Assembly (NCBI GenBank): GCA_051251855.1
Contig: JBPOGI010000001.1
Coordinates: forward strand, 1,440,001-1,504,000
Origin: Roseibacillus sp.
GTDB taxonomy: Bacteria; Verrucomicrobiota; Verrucomicrobiia; Verrucomicrobiales; Akkermansiaceae
Direction: 5' to 3'
DNA: 64,000 nucleotides
The translations under genes and the position numbers were made by a program. How positions within the stretch are numbered: position 1 is the stretch's first letter; each line of letters opens with the position of its first letter. The notes under the pieces are model-generated. The model worked only from the letters and a program-made list of their open reading frames with translations. It made no database searches and was not told where the DNA came from. Shown one piece after another: positions 28,519-39,300 of the stretch.

Positions 28519-28791
28519 CTATGTTCCATACTCCTTCAGAATCTTCTCCGTCTTCGCCTCCTCAACCCGATTAATAATACGATCATACTCGTGCTTATCA
28601 CGTAGGGTCTTAGAAACCGAAATCGTGCTACTCACCAAAAAGAAAACCCCCATCCCGAAATAGCCTTTGATCCAGAGGTCCAAGGGTAACATCACAATTC
28701 CGAGAACCATCGCACCCAGAGAAATCAAAAAGGACATTTTGGTGAAGGAAACCCAAGCACTCGAATCGGCATAAAGACGCGTTTGTTTCAT
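28519..28791 (-). CDS. YiaA/YiaB family inner membrane protein
   Basis: Two TM pairs, WIKGYFGMG, SKTLRDKHE; ATG at 28791. Confidence 0.85.
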   Translation of the reverse strand: MKQTRLYADSSAWVSFTKMSFLISLGAMVLGIVMLPLDLWIKGYFGMGVFFLVSSTISVSKTLRDKHEYDRIINRVEEAKTEKILKEYGT

Positions 28792-28946
28792 AACATCTCT
28801 ATTTACCCCGAAGAATGGCTCCCTCTTCATCGTTTCCATCTGCCAAATCATCGATTCAACTGATGTCAACTTACCCAGAAGCGTTCGAAGACCTTGAAGA
28901 CCTTGCTACCCTCAAACCAGTTCAAGCAGACACTCTCAATAAAGAA

Positions 28947-28976
28947 AAAAGCCTCAGCAAATTTGCTGAGGCTTTT
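28947..28976. terminator. Perfect 30-bp palindrome, bidirectional intrinsic terminator downstream of the tmRNA/tRNA 3' end
   Basis: AAAAGCCTCAGCAAA|TTTGCTGAGGCTTTT with A/T tails. Confidence 0.85.
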
Positions 28977-28983
28977 GAAAGAT

Positions 28984-29012
28984 TGGTGGAGGCGAGGGGG
29001 ATCGAACCCCTG
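28984..29012 (-). mobile_element. Isolated 3' fragment of tmRNA (ssrA) or tRNA-Ala; putative att site of an integrated element
   Basis: Minus strand reads CAGGGG-TTCGATC-CCCCT-CGCCTCC-A-CCA (T-arm, acceptor strand with U70, CCA). No matching 5' GGGGGCG at tRNA or tmRNA distance. Confidence 0.8.
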
Positions 29013-29127
29013 CTTGGGACTACGCGACACTGTGACACACCGTCAAATTATTGAATTCAAAGGAATTCGTTGGCTCAAACAATTCGTCGCAGGGTAGAAT
29101 TGAAGAATATCTTGAGAACATTTGTAG

Positions 29128-29673
29128 AACACTGGGGCAAGTGTTGGTCAAATACGAACATTTCTACCCTATGAGCTCATCCTTTCCCTTCCTCTTAATT
29201 CTTGGTTTAAATCTCCTCACACTCTCTGGCCTTTTACTTCCTCGGTCGTTTCACCCCTCGCTGTAGCAGACCTCGATTCTCGGGTTCACTCTCACTCCAA
29301 ACTGAAACGTCACCCCATTGTCAAAGCCCAAAAATGGAAGATAATCCTTGAGACCAACCCCACTCTTTCAACCACAGATATCGCTCACCATGAAAGACTT
29401 TCGAATTCTCGTATAAAGCAACTCCTGCGGATTACGAAGCTGGAACCTACCATTCAGAAATTTCTCGCTAACCTAACAGATCCAAAAGAAATCCGAGTCT
29501 TGAACGAATCGAAATTTCGACATTTTTACGAACTCACTCACCAAGAACAGGTCCATCAATTTACAAAGCTCGCTCAAGAAAACGGAATTACTGTCAATAC
29601 GTTTGAGCCCAATGGAGAATCTCAGAAGAACAGTTTCCCAGCAATACAGACAACCAAAGCCTTGCACGATTAG
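29128..29673 (+). pseudogene. Open frame lacking a canonical start; encodes a KorB/ParB-like HTH protein fragment
   Basis: Own translation: ...RHPIVKAQKWKIILETNPTLSTTDIAHHERLSNSRIKQLLRITKLEPTIQKFLANLTDPKEIRVLNESKFRHFYELTHQEQVHQF...; no ATG/GTG/TTG before the HTH. Confidence 0.5.
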
Positions 29674-29957
29674 ACCCATTCGATTCAGACCTGTCTCTAT
29701 TCTCAATAAATTGCTCTGACTACAATGGAGTAGAGACCTCAAAGTCAGAGACCGCTATGCAAAAAGCACGATCTCGCAGCAATGCTCGCTCGTTGACTAT
29801 CTGAAGGAATCTCTCCGTGAGATTTTGAATGGAATCGTAGTATTACAGATAAGGAAATACGCCGGACCACAAAGACCACTGGGATTGGATATTGCCACCC
29901 ACCCCCTTCTCTCTTTAGAAACGATTGTTAATCGATCGAAAAACATCTCTTTATCAA

Positions 29958-30422
29958 ATGAGCAAGCTCTCACTCAAAATCAACGGCAGCGACCATCAGG
30001 TCGAGGCCGACCCCGACACCCCGCTCTTGTGGGTTCTTCGCGATCACCTCGGACTCTGTGGCACCAAGTTTGGCTGCGGAGTCGGTCAGTGTGGAGCCTG
30101 CACCGTCCATCTTGATGGCACTCCGGCCCGCGCCTGCTCAGTCCCCGTGTCTGCCGTCGAAAAAGCCGAAGTCACCACCATCGAGGGCCTCGCCCCAGAA
30201 GCCACTCTCACTCCCCTGCAGCAAACTTGGTGCGACCTCGACGTCGCGCAATGCGGCTACTGCCAGGCGGGACAAATCATGAGCGCCGCCGCCCTCTTGA
30301 AAGCCAATCCCGACCCCGATGACGACGCCATCGACGAAGCGATGTCGGGCAACTTCTGCCGCTGTGCCACCTACAAGCGCATTCGCCAAGCCATCAAAAC
30401 CACCGCTACCGCCGCCAAATGA
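29958..30422 (+). CDS. (2Fe-2S)-binding subunit, isoquinoline 1-oxidoreductase alpha (IorA) family
   Basis: [40 protein letters not shown]. Confidence 0.93.
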   Translation: MSKLSLKINGSDHQVEADPDTPLLWVLRDHLGLCGTKFGCGVGQCGACTVHLDGTPARACSVPVSAVEKAEVTTIEGLAPEATLTPLQQTWCDLDVAQCGYCQAGQIMSAAALLKANPDPDDDAIDEAMSGNFCRCATYKRIRQAIKTTATAAK

Positions 30423-32542
30423 AAACTTCTTCCCTTCCCCGTCGCGACTTTTTCAAGCTGACCTCGCTGGCAGGCGGCGGCTTTCTCCTCGGCCTTCCTG
30501 CCCACGCGGACACCACCCAACCGGGAGCCACATTTTCTCCTTCCGCCTTCATCAAAATCACCAGCCAGGGCGAAATCACTCTCATGGCCCACAAGCCCGA
30601 GATCGGCCAAGGAGTAAAAACCTCTCTTCCCATGATTCTTGCGGAAGAGCTCGAAGTCCCTTGGGAATCCGTCCAAGTCGAGCAAGCGCCCGTGGACCAA
30701 AAGACCTTCGGAGGCCAAGCAGCCGGGGGAAGCACCTCGACTCCCTCCAACTATGATCGTCTCCGCAAATTGGGGGCAGCCGCGCGCTATCTTCTTGTCG
30801 AAGCCGCCGCCCAAACTTGGAATACGGACGCCACCAAATGTATCGCTTCCGGTGCGGTGGTCACCCATCCCGACGGTCGCAGCCTCACATACGCGGAACT
30901 AGCGGAACCCGCTTCGAAGCTCTCACCACCTAAACCAAAGGACATAAAACTCAAGGACCCGGCCGATTTCAAAATCCTAGGACGACGGATTGGCGGAGTG
31001 GATAACGAAGCTATCGTCACTGGCGAGCCCCTCTTTGGCATCGACCAAAAGGTGGAGGGCATGAAATTCGCCAGCTATTTGCGCTGCCCCGTCTTCACCG
31101 GCAAAGTAAAGTCCGCCAACCTCGACGAAGTGAAAGCCCGCCCCGGCGTAAGTGACGCCTTCATCATCGAAGGCACCCAAAACCACTTTGGCCTTCTCCC
31201 CGGCATCGTGGTGCTTGCTAGCTCAACTTGGGAAGCAATGCAGGGCATGAAAGCGCTCAAGGTGGAGTGGGATTCCCCCCAAGTCGCCAACGACGATTCC
31301 GCTCAACTGACAGCTAGTGCAGTCGAAAAAAGCAAGGAGAGCCAAATCGACTTCGAACCTGACTTGGAATCCTTTTACGAATACCCACATGTGGCCCACA
31401 ACACTCTCGAACCCCAAAATTGCACTGCCGTTTTCAAAGACGGCAAGCTGGAAATGTGGGCTCCCACTCAGAATCCAGGCTCGGCGTTCAAGCAAATCCA
31501 ATCCGACCTCAAGCTACGCCAAGAAGATATCACCATCCACATGACTCGCATCGGCGGTGGATTTGGACGACGCCTCTTTGTGGACTTTATGGTGGAATGC
31601 GCCGCCATCGCGATGAAAGTGCCCGGAACTCCCATCAAGCTCACCTGGACCCGCGAACAAGACCTTGCCCACGACCTTTACCGGGCCGCTGGCTGGCATC
31701 GCTTTTCAGGCAAACTCGATGACGAAGGTCAAATCTCTCATTGGCACGATCACTTCGTCACCCTTGGGCTCAACACCGAATCCAAGCCAGGCAATGGAGC
31801 CAACATGCGCGCCACCGAGTTCCCTCACAATTTCGTTCCCGAATTCAAAATTGAACAAACCGTTCTCCCCACCAACATCCCCATGGGCTGGTGGCGCGCA
31901 CCCGGCTCCTGCGCTCTCGCCTTTGCTATCCAGGGCTTCATTGATGAACTCGCGGTCAAATCCGGACAAGATCCCGTCGCCTTCAAGCTGGCCCTCCTTG
32001 CCTCCAAAAAGAAAGGCAACTACGGCCACGAACGTATGGCCGGAGTGGTCAAACTTGCGGCAGAAAAAACAAACTGGGGTCAAAAACTTCCCCAAGGTCG
32101 CGGCCAAGGAATCGCCTTTCACTTCAGTCACCGTGGCTACGTCACGGTAGTCGCTGAAGTCGAAGTCTCGCCAGAAGGTGAGCTTACCATTCACCGCCTC
32201 ACCGCAGCAAGCGATGTGGGACCCATCATGAATCTCAGTGGAGCCGAGAACCAGGTGGAAGGCTCCATGCTGGACGGTCTCAGCACCGCTTGGTTCCAAA
32301 AAATGGATATCAAGAAAGGAGCGGTCACCAACACCAACTTCCCCTCCTACCCCGTGCTGCGCATGAACCAATCGCCGTCCGTGGATTGCCACTTCATCGA
32401 GTCCGACAACCCACCGACTGGTCTTGGCGAACCTGCCCTCCCTCCCACTGCCCCCGCAATCTGCAACGCCATTTTCGCTGCCTGCGGAGTGCGCGTTCGC
32501 AAACTCCCCATCCGCGACAACGATCTCTCTTGGAAAGCATGA
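30419..32542 (+). CDS. Molybdopterin-binding subunit, IorB/xanthine dehydrogenase family, with Tat-like signal
   Basis: RRDFFK, EIGQG, GGGFGRR, WRAPG, GLGEP; ATGA overlap with the IorA-family gene. Confidence 0.93.
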   Translation: MKTSSLPRRDFFKLTSLAGGGFLLGLPAHADTTQPGATFSPSAFIKITSQGEITLMAHKPEIGQGVKTSLPMILAEELEVPWESVQVEQAPVDQKTFGGQAAGGSTSTPSNYDRLRKLGAAARYLLVEAAAQTWNTDATKCIASGAVVTHPDGRSLTYAELAEPASKLSPPKPKDIKLKDPADFKILGRRIGGVDNEAIVTGEPLFGIDQKVEGMKFASYLRCPVFTGKVKSANLDEVKARPGVSDAFIIEGTQNHFGLLPGIVVLASSTWEAMQGMKALKVEWDSPQVANDDSAQLTASAVEKSKESQIDFEPDLESFYEYPHVAHNTLEPQNCTAVFKDGKLEMWAPTQNPGSAFKQIQSDLKLRQEDITIHMTRIGGGFGRRLFVDFMVECAAIAMKVPGTPIKLTWTREQDLAHDLYRAAGWHRFSGKLDDEGQISHWHDHFVTLGLNTESKPGNGANMRATEFPHNFVPEFKIEQTVLPTNIPMGWWRAPGSCALAFAIQGFIDELAVKSGQDPVAFKLALLASKKKGNYGHERMAGVVKLAAEKTNWGQKLPQGRGQGIAFHFSHRGYVTVVAEVEVSPEGELTIHRLTAASDVGPIMNLSGAENQVEGSMLDGLSTAWFQKMDIKKGAVTNTNFPSYPVLRMNQSPSVDCHFIESDNPPTGLGEPALPPTAPAICNAIFAACGVRVRKLPIRDNDLSWKA

Positions 32543-33489
32543 ATGACTGGCCACTCGTTCTCGGTTTCGCAAAGGAGCATCGAAACCAGCGACTTGCCCT
32601 CGCCACCCTTGTGGGGCGTGAAGGCTCGAGCTATCGCATGCCGGGCGCGCGCCTCCTCATTGCGGAAAGCGGCGAGTATTGTGGTTCACTCAGCGGCGGC
32701 TGCCTAGAAGAAGCCATCGCTTACCAAGCCCGGGAAGTGATTGCCACCGGAGTACCCCGCACCGACTACATCGACACCCGCCCGCACTTCGGTTGCCCGG
32801 GAGTGCTCGAAATCTTCACTGAACCTCTGCCCGACTTCGAGCTCCTAGATAAAATTGATTCTCAACTCCAAAAGCGTATCCCCTTCGCCCTCGCCACCGA
32901 CACACTCGGCACCAAAATCACCCCTGAACCCTCCGAAGAAGCGTTCATCGAACAAGTCACTCCACCCATCCGACTGATAGCTATCGGAGGAACCTCCGAT
33001 CTACTGCCCGTTTTTTCCTTTGCCCAAACGCTCGGCTGGCAAAGCCACCGCATCGTCCCAGACCCCCGACTCGCAGCCCAGTGCAACAGCAATTCAGGCG
33101 AGACAATATCCAGCCTCACGCCCAGCGAACTTCTCACTCAACTCCCCCCTGATTCACAAACTGCTGTTCTCGTGATGAGCCATCATCTCACGACCGACCT
33201 CGCCTATCTCAAAGAGCTTTTCCCTGCCAGCTACGGCTACCTCGGCCTCCTCGGTTCCAAACGTCGGCGAGAAACCCTCCTCAATGAACTCGGCGAACTC
33301 GACCTCTTAGGTGACACCGCCGCCATCGCCCGCTTTCACGCTCCCGTCGGACTCGACATTGGCGCCAGTCATCCTAACAGCATTGCCTTGGCCATTGTTG
33401 CCGAAATCCAAGCCGCTCTCTCCCAACGCCAAGGAGGCTTCCTGCGCGACCGCCTTCTCAACATCCACAGCATACCAAGCAGGTTGTGA
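32539..33489 (+). CDS. XdhC/CoxI family molybdoenzyme maturation factor
   Basis: GSSYRMPGA, GSLSGGCLE, YLGLLGSKRR, APVGLDIGA; ATG 32539 overlaps the upstream stop. Confidence 0.9.
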   Translation: MNDWPLVLGFAKEHRNQRLALATLVGREGSSYRMPGARLLIAESGEYCGSLSGGCLEEAIAYQAREVIATGVPRTDYIDTRPHFGCPGVLEIFTEPLPDFELLDKIDSQLQKRIPFALATDTLGTKITPEPSEEAFIEQVTPPIRLIAIGGTSDLLPVFSFAQTLGWQSHRIVPDPRLAAQCNSNSGETISSLTPSELLTQLPPDSQTAVLVMSHHLTTDLAYLKELFPASYGYLGLLGSKRRRETLLNELGELDLLGDTAAIARFHAPVGLDIGASHPNSIALAIVAEIQAALSQRQGGFLRDRLLNIHSIPSRL

Positions 33490-34070
33490 AAATCGCTGCC
33501 GTTATCCTCGCCGCTGGCAGCTCGCGTCGTTTTGGTCAGCCTAAAGCCCTCCTCGAATGGCAAGGCGAAACCCTCCTCCAACGAACTTGCCGTATCGCCC
33601 TCGAATCCGGCCACTCACCCATCCTCGTCGTTACCCAGCCCAACTCCGACGTCGAAATCCCCGACTACGCTCAAGCTCTTAGAAATCCCAAGCATCATGA
33701 AGGAATGGGGACTTCGCTCGCGCTCGCCGCCGAGTTTCTGAAATCCACCGACACCGACGCCTTCACCATTCTCTTCCCAGACCAACCCGCGATTACAGCC
33801 GACAACCTCCTTCAGCTTCAGAGCCAACTTTCCCCACCCCAGACAACCATCGTGCTCTCTGATAGCGGCCAATTTTTGGGCCCTCCCTCGGTCTTCGCCC
33901 GTGATCACTTTTCAGCACTCTCCGAACTCACTGGTGACCAAGGCGGTAAGAATTTGGCGAAAGACTTTCCCACCCAGACGCAATCGGTCTCAAATCCCGA
34001 AGCTTTGTGGGACATCGACACCCCAGAAATCTGGAAAAAATTCAAAGTTTCACAATCAAACTTTCCGTAA
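33486..34070 (+). CDS. Molybdenum cofactor cytidylyltransferase (MocA/YgfJ-like)
   Basis: ILAAGSSRRFGQPK, GMGTS, DQP, GDQGG, DIDTPE. Confidence 0.85.
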   Translation: MKIAAVILAAGSSRRFGQPKALLEWQGETLLQRTCRIALESGHSPILVVTQPNSDVEIPDYAQALRNPKHHEGMGTSLALAAEFLKSTDTDAFTILFPDQPAITADNLLQLQSQLSPPQTTIVLSDSGQFLGPPSVFARDHFSALSELTGDQGGKNLAKDFPTQTQSVSNPEALWDIDTPEIWKKFKVSQSNFP

Positions 34071-34115
34071 TTCTCTCCGTGAGTTTTCGCCCCATTCTGG
34101 AGTAGTTTTAAGAGA

Positions 34116-34667
34116 ATGACACCCAACGATCCAGACGCGGAAACCGAAGATCACTACGAGAGCTTCGTAAAGGTCTTCACTACGCACGAATTGGACCTTC
34201 GTCGCTTTATTCGCTCTCTGCTCCCCACCCAAACCGATGCCGACGACGTCCTCCAACAGACCGCGCTCGTGATTTGGCGTAAATTCGAGCAATACGACCC
34301 CGAAACTCACTTCATGAAATGGGCTTGTGTGATCGCCCGCTTCGAGGCTCTTGCCTATCGCCGCAAAATTGCTCGGGACCGCCTCGTATTTCGCGAAGAT
34401 ATTCTCGATTTGATGGCAGCTGAAGGAATGGATGAAATCGAAGAACGGAGTGCCGAGTCACGAGCGCTTGAGATTTGCCTCCGTGCCATGACCGAACAAC
34501 AGCGCAAATTCCTCACCCTCGCCTACACTTCTGGCATCAAAGTGAAAGAGATGGCGGAAGAGTCCGGCTCCACTGCCGCAGCCTACTACATGCGCCTCAA
34601 ACGCTTACGTTCCCAATTGCAGAAATGCGTGGAGAGAAAACTACTCACCCCCGAAGAACAAGCATGA
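34116..34667 (+). CDS. ECF sigma-70 factor (PVC type)
   Basis: DADDVLQQT.L.IWRKF, F.KWA..IAR; region 4 'YYMRLKRLR'. Confidence 0.92.
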   Translation: MTPNDPDAETEDHYESFVKVFTTHELDLRRFIRSLLPTQTDADDVLQQTALVIWRKFEQYDPETHFMKWACVIARFEALAYRRKIARDRLVFREDILDLMAAEGMDEIEERSAESRALEICLRAMTEQQRKFLTLAYTSGIKVKEMAEESGSTAAAYYMRLKRLRSQLQKCVERKLLTPEEQA

Positions 34668-36355
34668 AGACCAAAGGCTGGAATTCCCTTTCTCCCAAAA
34701 TAAAGGACTGCATCAATCAATATCTCGACGGCACTGTTTCCGCCGAGGACTTTGAGCGGCTTCAAGACGAGATGGCAGATTCAAAAAAACTGCGACGCGT
34801 CATGCGACAGTCTCTTGCATTGGATCAATTCCTCAGCGAGCGCGGCGACGAAGAAGCAAAACGTGCTTCTCTCGAAATATTTTCGCCTTGGTTGGAAGAG
34901 GAGGAAAAGAAACAAGCCCACAGCAAGGTCGTTCGCTTTTCTAACTTCTGGCCAGCCACTCTGGCAGCCTGCCTCGCTTTCGGATTGGGCCTTTTCTTGA
35001 TGAACCTCAGGAACACTCCTCTCACTCCCATTGCCTCCTACAGCCCGCTCAATAGTCAGAAAGAAAAGAACGTCGCCAACGGCTTTGCGGTCGTCAAGAG
35101 CCTCTTCGAAGCTCAATGGAGCAATCGACAATCCGCCATTCGGGAAGGTGACGCTCTGGGTGCTGAAACGATTGAGCTAGAGTCCGGGATTGCCCAAATC
35201 CAGTTCTACTCCGGAGCGACCATGACCTTGGAAGGCCCTGCCCGCATCACTTTGAAATCAGCTTGGGAGGCTTATTGCGAAAGTGGTGCCGTTCGCATGC
35301 GTGTTCCTCCCGCCGCACGTGGATTTCGCCTTAATGCACCTAAAACGCAAATCGTTGACCTAGGAACTGAATTCGGCTTCAAGGTCACCGATGGCCAAGG
35401 GCAAGTCGAGGTCTTCGATGGTGAGATTGCCCTCTCGCATAGTGGCGGCCAAGAGCAGATCCTCGAAGAAGGAGATGCTCTGAACCTCACCAGTAGCGGC
35501 TCTGCTCACAAAATTTTGAAAGGGACCGTTCAGTACCCTGATGCCGAGCGCTTTGGAAAGTTAGTGGCCCAGCAAGAATTAGTGGACTTCAAAAAGTGGC
35601 AGCAGCAGCGTGACGCCCTCGCTGCGGATGAGCGTGTGGCTGCCTATTTCACTTTTGAAAAAGAAAACGGAGTGGGCCTCTTTCCCAACTTGCGAAATGC
35701 CGGCAACCACAATCTTGATGCCGCTCCTATCCTCGCAAATAAAATTGCCGGTCGCTGGCCCCACCTCAAATCAGCCCTCGAATTCCGCCGGCCGGAAGCC
35801 CGTGTTCGCGTTAACATTACCGACAGTTTTGAAGGCTTCACCTTCATGAGCTGGGTTCGTATCGATAGCCTCGACCGACAATATAACGCCCTTTTCATGG
35901 CTGATGGGTATGAAACTGGCGAACCCCATTGGCAGATTCGCGACGATGGCTGCATGATGCTGTCGGTGATGGTCGATGACAGTCGTCGCAGCATCTACGA
36001 AAAAGATGTTTCTGGTTACCACTACGTCTATTTCTCGCCTCCCATGTGGGAACAGAAGATGAGCGGAAAATGGATTCACCTCACCTCAGTCTACAATCAC
36101 AAACAAGGTTACGTGGCCCACTTCGTCGATGGCATTCGAATTTCGGGACAAAAGATCGCGCCTGAATTCAAAGCTCCTTTCCTGAAAATTGGAAATGGAG
36201 AAATTGGAAACTGGGGCCATCCCAATCGGGCGGATGCCAACTATTCCATCCGCAGCATTAACGGCAGCATCGGCGAAATGACAATTTTTAAGAAAGCCCT
36301 TCGACCCAAAGAGATTCTCGAACTTTTCCGTAAAACCAGCGCCCTCCCCCAATAA
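34664..36355 (+). CDS. Anti-sigma factor with FecR-like and LamG-like domains
   Basis: N-terminal helical domain, one TM helix, LEGPA...IVDLGTEFG..V...VFDGEI (FecR), C-terminal LamG jellyroll; ATGA overlap with the sigma gene. Confidence 0.87.
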   Translation: MKTKGWNSLSPKIKDCINQYLDGTVSAEDFERLQDEMADSKKLRRVMRQSLALDQFLSERGDEEAKRASLEIFSPWLEEEEKKQAHSKVVRFSNFWPATLAACLAFGLGLFLMNLRNTPLTPIASYSPLNSQKEKNVANGFAVVKSLFEAQWSNRQSAIREGDALGAETIELESGIAQIQFYSGATMTLEGPARITLKSAWEAYCESGAVRMRVPPAARGFRLNAPKTQIVDLGTEFGFKVTDGQGQVEVFDGEIALSHSGGQEQILEEGDALNLTSSGSAHKILKGTVQYPDAERFGKLVAQQELVDFKKWQQQRDALAADERVAAYFTFEKENGVGLFPNLRNAGNHNLDAAPILANKIAGRWPHLKSALEFRRPEARVRVNITDSFEGFTFMSWVRIDSLDRQYNALFMADGYETGEPHWQIRDDGCMMLSVMVDDSRRSIYEKDVSGYHYVYFSPPMWEQKMSGKWIHLTSVYNHKQGYVAHFVDGIRISGQKIAPEFKAPFLKIGNGEIGNWGHPNRADANYSIRSINGSIGEMTIFKKALRPKEILELFRKTSALPQ

Positions 36356-36371
36356 CCTGATTTCAAACCTA

Positions 36372-39300
36372 ATGAACTTCAAAACTACTCTCCTAATCGC
36401 TTCCGTCCTTTCGTTGGGACAGGTCGGAGTCAATGCCCAGACTACTATCCTAGGTGGTGCAACCGGCAACGCCGACTTCGAAGCTTCCTCCCCTGCCAGT
36501 GGCCAAGTCCCCTACGACTCTACCAACAACTGGTTCAATGCCAGCGGAGCGGAGACCCTCAACTTTACCCACGACACCCAGATGAACGGAAGCTCTCAGT
36601 CCGCTTCGCGCGGGGGGATGCCTTTTAACAATCGAGCCCAAGTCAACGACACTGGATACACCATCACTGCGGCAGGAAAAGTCTTTACCCTGAGCTACGA
36701 TTTCGGCGCTGGAGGTGGTCTAGCAGGATGGAATGGCGACGAATTCTTGGACGCTTTTCTCTTCACTATTGCCGCCGGTGATACCGTCGATGGCGACCTC
36801 GTCGAAGGTAACTTTACCGAAACATTGGTCACCAATACCTACAACGTAGATCGTGCCAACGATGGTCAATGGACCACCCACACGGCACCTACATATTACA
36901 CCACTAGCGCAGCAGACGTCGGAAAAACCGTTTACTTGGGAATCAAATTTTCCCACGGCACCGGAAACATTCTCTACCCCCGGATCGATGTCATTCAATT
37001 GTCAGTAGTGACTCCGACCCCTCCTCCTTCATCCACCATTCTCGGAGGCTCCACAGGCAACGCCGATTTTGAGGCTTCTACTCCCGCAACCGGAGCTCTT
37101 CCCTTCTCTTCCACCACCAATTGGTTCAATGCCAGTGGCGCGGAAAGCACCAACTTTAGCAATGACTCCCAAACTGCTGGAAGCTCACAGCCCAATTCGC
37201 GCGGCGGGATGCCCTTCGATAACCGCATTCAAGTTAACAGCACGGGCTTTACCATTACTGCCGCCGACGAAGTCATCTCCTTGAGCTACGAATTCGGCGC
37301 CACCGGCTTGGACACCAACTGGACCGGTGATGAAGTGCACAACTCCTTCCTCTTCACCATCGCCAACGGTGATGTTGTCGACGGAGACCTCGTTGAGGCC
37401 GATTTCACGGAAGTCTTGACCACCGACAGTTACAGTATGGATCGGCCTAACAACGACTCATGGACCACTCGTTCGGTTCCCTATTTCTATATCACCACCG
37501 CAGCCGATATTGGAAAGACCCTCTATTTTGGAATGAAGTTCGATCAAGGCACAGGGCCTACCGTCTTTCCCCGTATTGACGTAATCAGCCTCACTATTGG
37601 AACGATTCCCCCACCACTCCCTGCGACAGGCTGGGATGAGTTTGTCACCCAATACGGTCTCACTGGCATTGGCACCGATGACTTTGATGGCGACGGTCAG
37701 GTTGACCTGCACGAGTTTGCCTTCGGAGGAAACCCTACCGATGCGAGTAGCCAGGGGGCCCAACCAGCCATCGAAATCGTTAATGCAGGCAATGAAGCTG
37801 CTTATCGAAATCTTGCTACCAATCACTCCGACCCAGGCATTAGCTATGTTACGGAGTGGAGCGAAGACCTCACCGCTACCATTTGGCAGCGGACTTGGGA
37901 TTCATCGAGCACGGCAGCGACCTCCGACCCTGATTTCAATGAGAAAACTCAGGAGATCTCCACCAGTGGGAAGCCACGGCTTTTTGCTCGCACAATGGTC
38001 ACTCAACCCGATAGACCTAATATTCTTCTCATTCTCGCGGACGATCTTGGTTACGCAGATGTTGGCTTCAACGGTTCCACCGACATCATCACCCCCGAGA
38101 TGGACGTCTTGGCCCAGGACGGCACCATCTTTTCTTCTGCCTACGTAGTACACCCCTTCTGCGGACCCAGCCGGATGGGACTCTTCACCGGCCGCTACCC
38201 GCATGAGTATGGCGGCCCCTTCAACCTCCCGCCTTACAGCTCCGGCGACTACCGCGATCAAGGCACTCCTACCAGCGAGACCCTCATCAGCACGGTGTTG
38301 AAGAATGGAGGCTACTCCACCGGTCTGATGGGCAAATGGCACCTCGGCCATGAACCGCAATCTCACCCCAATGTGAGGGGCTTTGACCATTTCTACGGAT
38401 TCCTGGGTGGCGGCATTCTCTATTTCGGCCCCTATCAAGCCAACAACGCTGCAGGCACGGTGTGGGACTACCGGATCTATCCGCAGGAGAATGGAGTCGA
38501 CGACACCTCGCTCACTGCCAACGATTACATGACCGATGTCCTCTCCCAAAAAGGCATCGATTTCATCAATGCCGAGGCTAGCAACGACGACCCCTTCTTT
38601 TTGATGATGTCCTACAACGCTCCGCATACGGTCCTAGCAGCCAAACAGGAAGACCTTGATGTATTCCCCACTCTCACTGGTGATCGTCAGACCTACGCAG
38701 CGATGGTCTACGCCCTCGACCGTGGCATCGGCGACATCGTCGATACGCTCAAAAGCACGGGTCAATACGACAACACCCTCATCATTTTCCTAAGCGACAA
38801 CGGAGGCCGCACCGACCAAGGAGCCAACAACAGTCCTCTCCGTGGAGCCAAGGGAGACACTTGGGAAGGTGGATTCCGTGTTCCCATGTTCATGCACTGG
38901 CCCAACCGAGTACCAGCTCAAACGACCTACACCCACCCGGTCTCTGCTCTCGATTTTTATCCTACCTTCGCGAGACTCGCTGGAGCAGCCATCCCCGCTG
39001 GCAAAGAGATCGACGGCAAAAATATTTGGGACGAAGTGCTCGCTGGCGAAAGTGCGCGTCCCGGCGAACTCATCTACGCACTGCGCCACCGTCCCGGCGC
39101 CACCAGCCAATACCATAGTGTTGGAGGCCGCATGGACCAATGGAAAGCCTACCGGGATCAGAATTCTTGGAGCCTTTACAATATCGAGACTGACATTGGC
39201 GAAACCACCGATGTCAGTGCACAGAACCCCACCATTCTCACCCAGATGATCGACGACATCGAAGCGTGGAGTAACAGCCACGTCCAACCCCTCTGGTGGG

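Noticed and set aside
28815..29266. Small ORFs 28815-29054, 28894-29097 and 29051-29266
   Set aside because: The first two read through a terminator and the antisense RNA fragment (WWRRGGSNP is the typical translation of a tRNA/tmRNA end), and the third crosses the repeat region with no recognisable product; likely spurious
28984..29350. Complete tRNA-Ala or tmRNA gene
   Set aside because: No complementary 5' acceptor strand (GGGGGCG) about 76 nt or about 350 nt away, and no D or anticodon arm; only the 3' fragment is supported
32290..32538. Long N-terminal extensions in the track (XdhC 32290, anti-sigma 34475, 57898, 58470, 19083, 13373, 62380)
   Set aside because: They overlap upstream genes or terminators, or precede an obvious signal peptide; downstream starts give ATGA coupling, signal peptides or catalytic Pro-1
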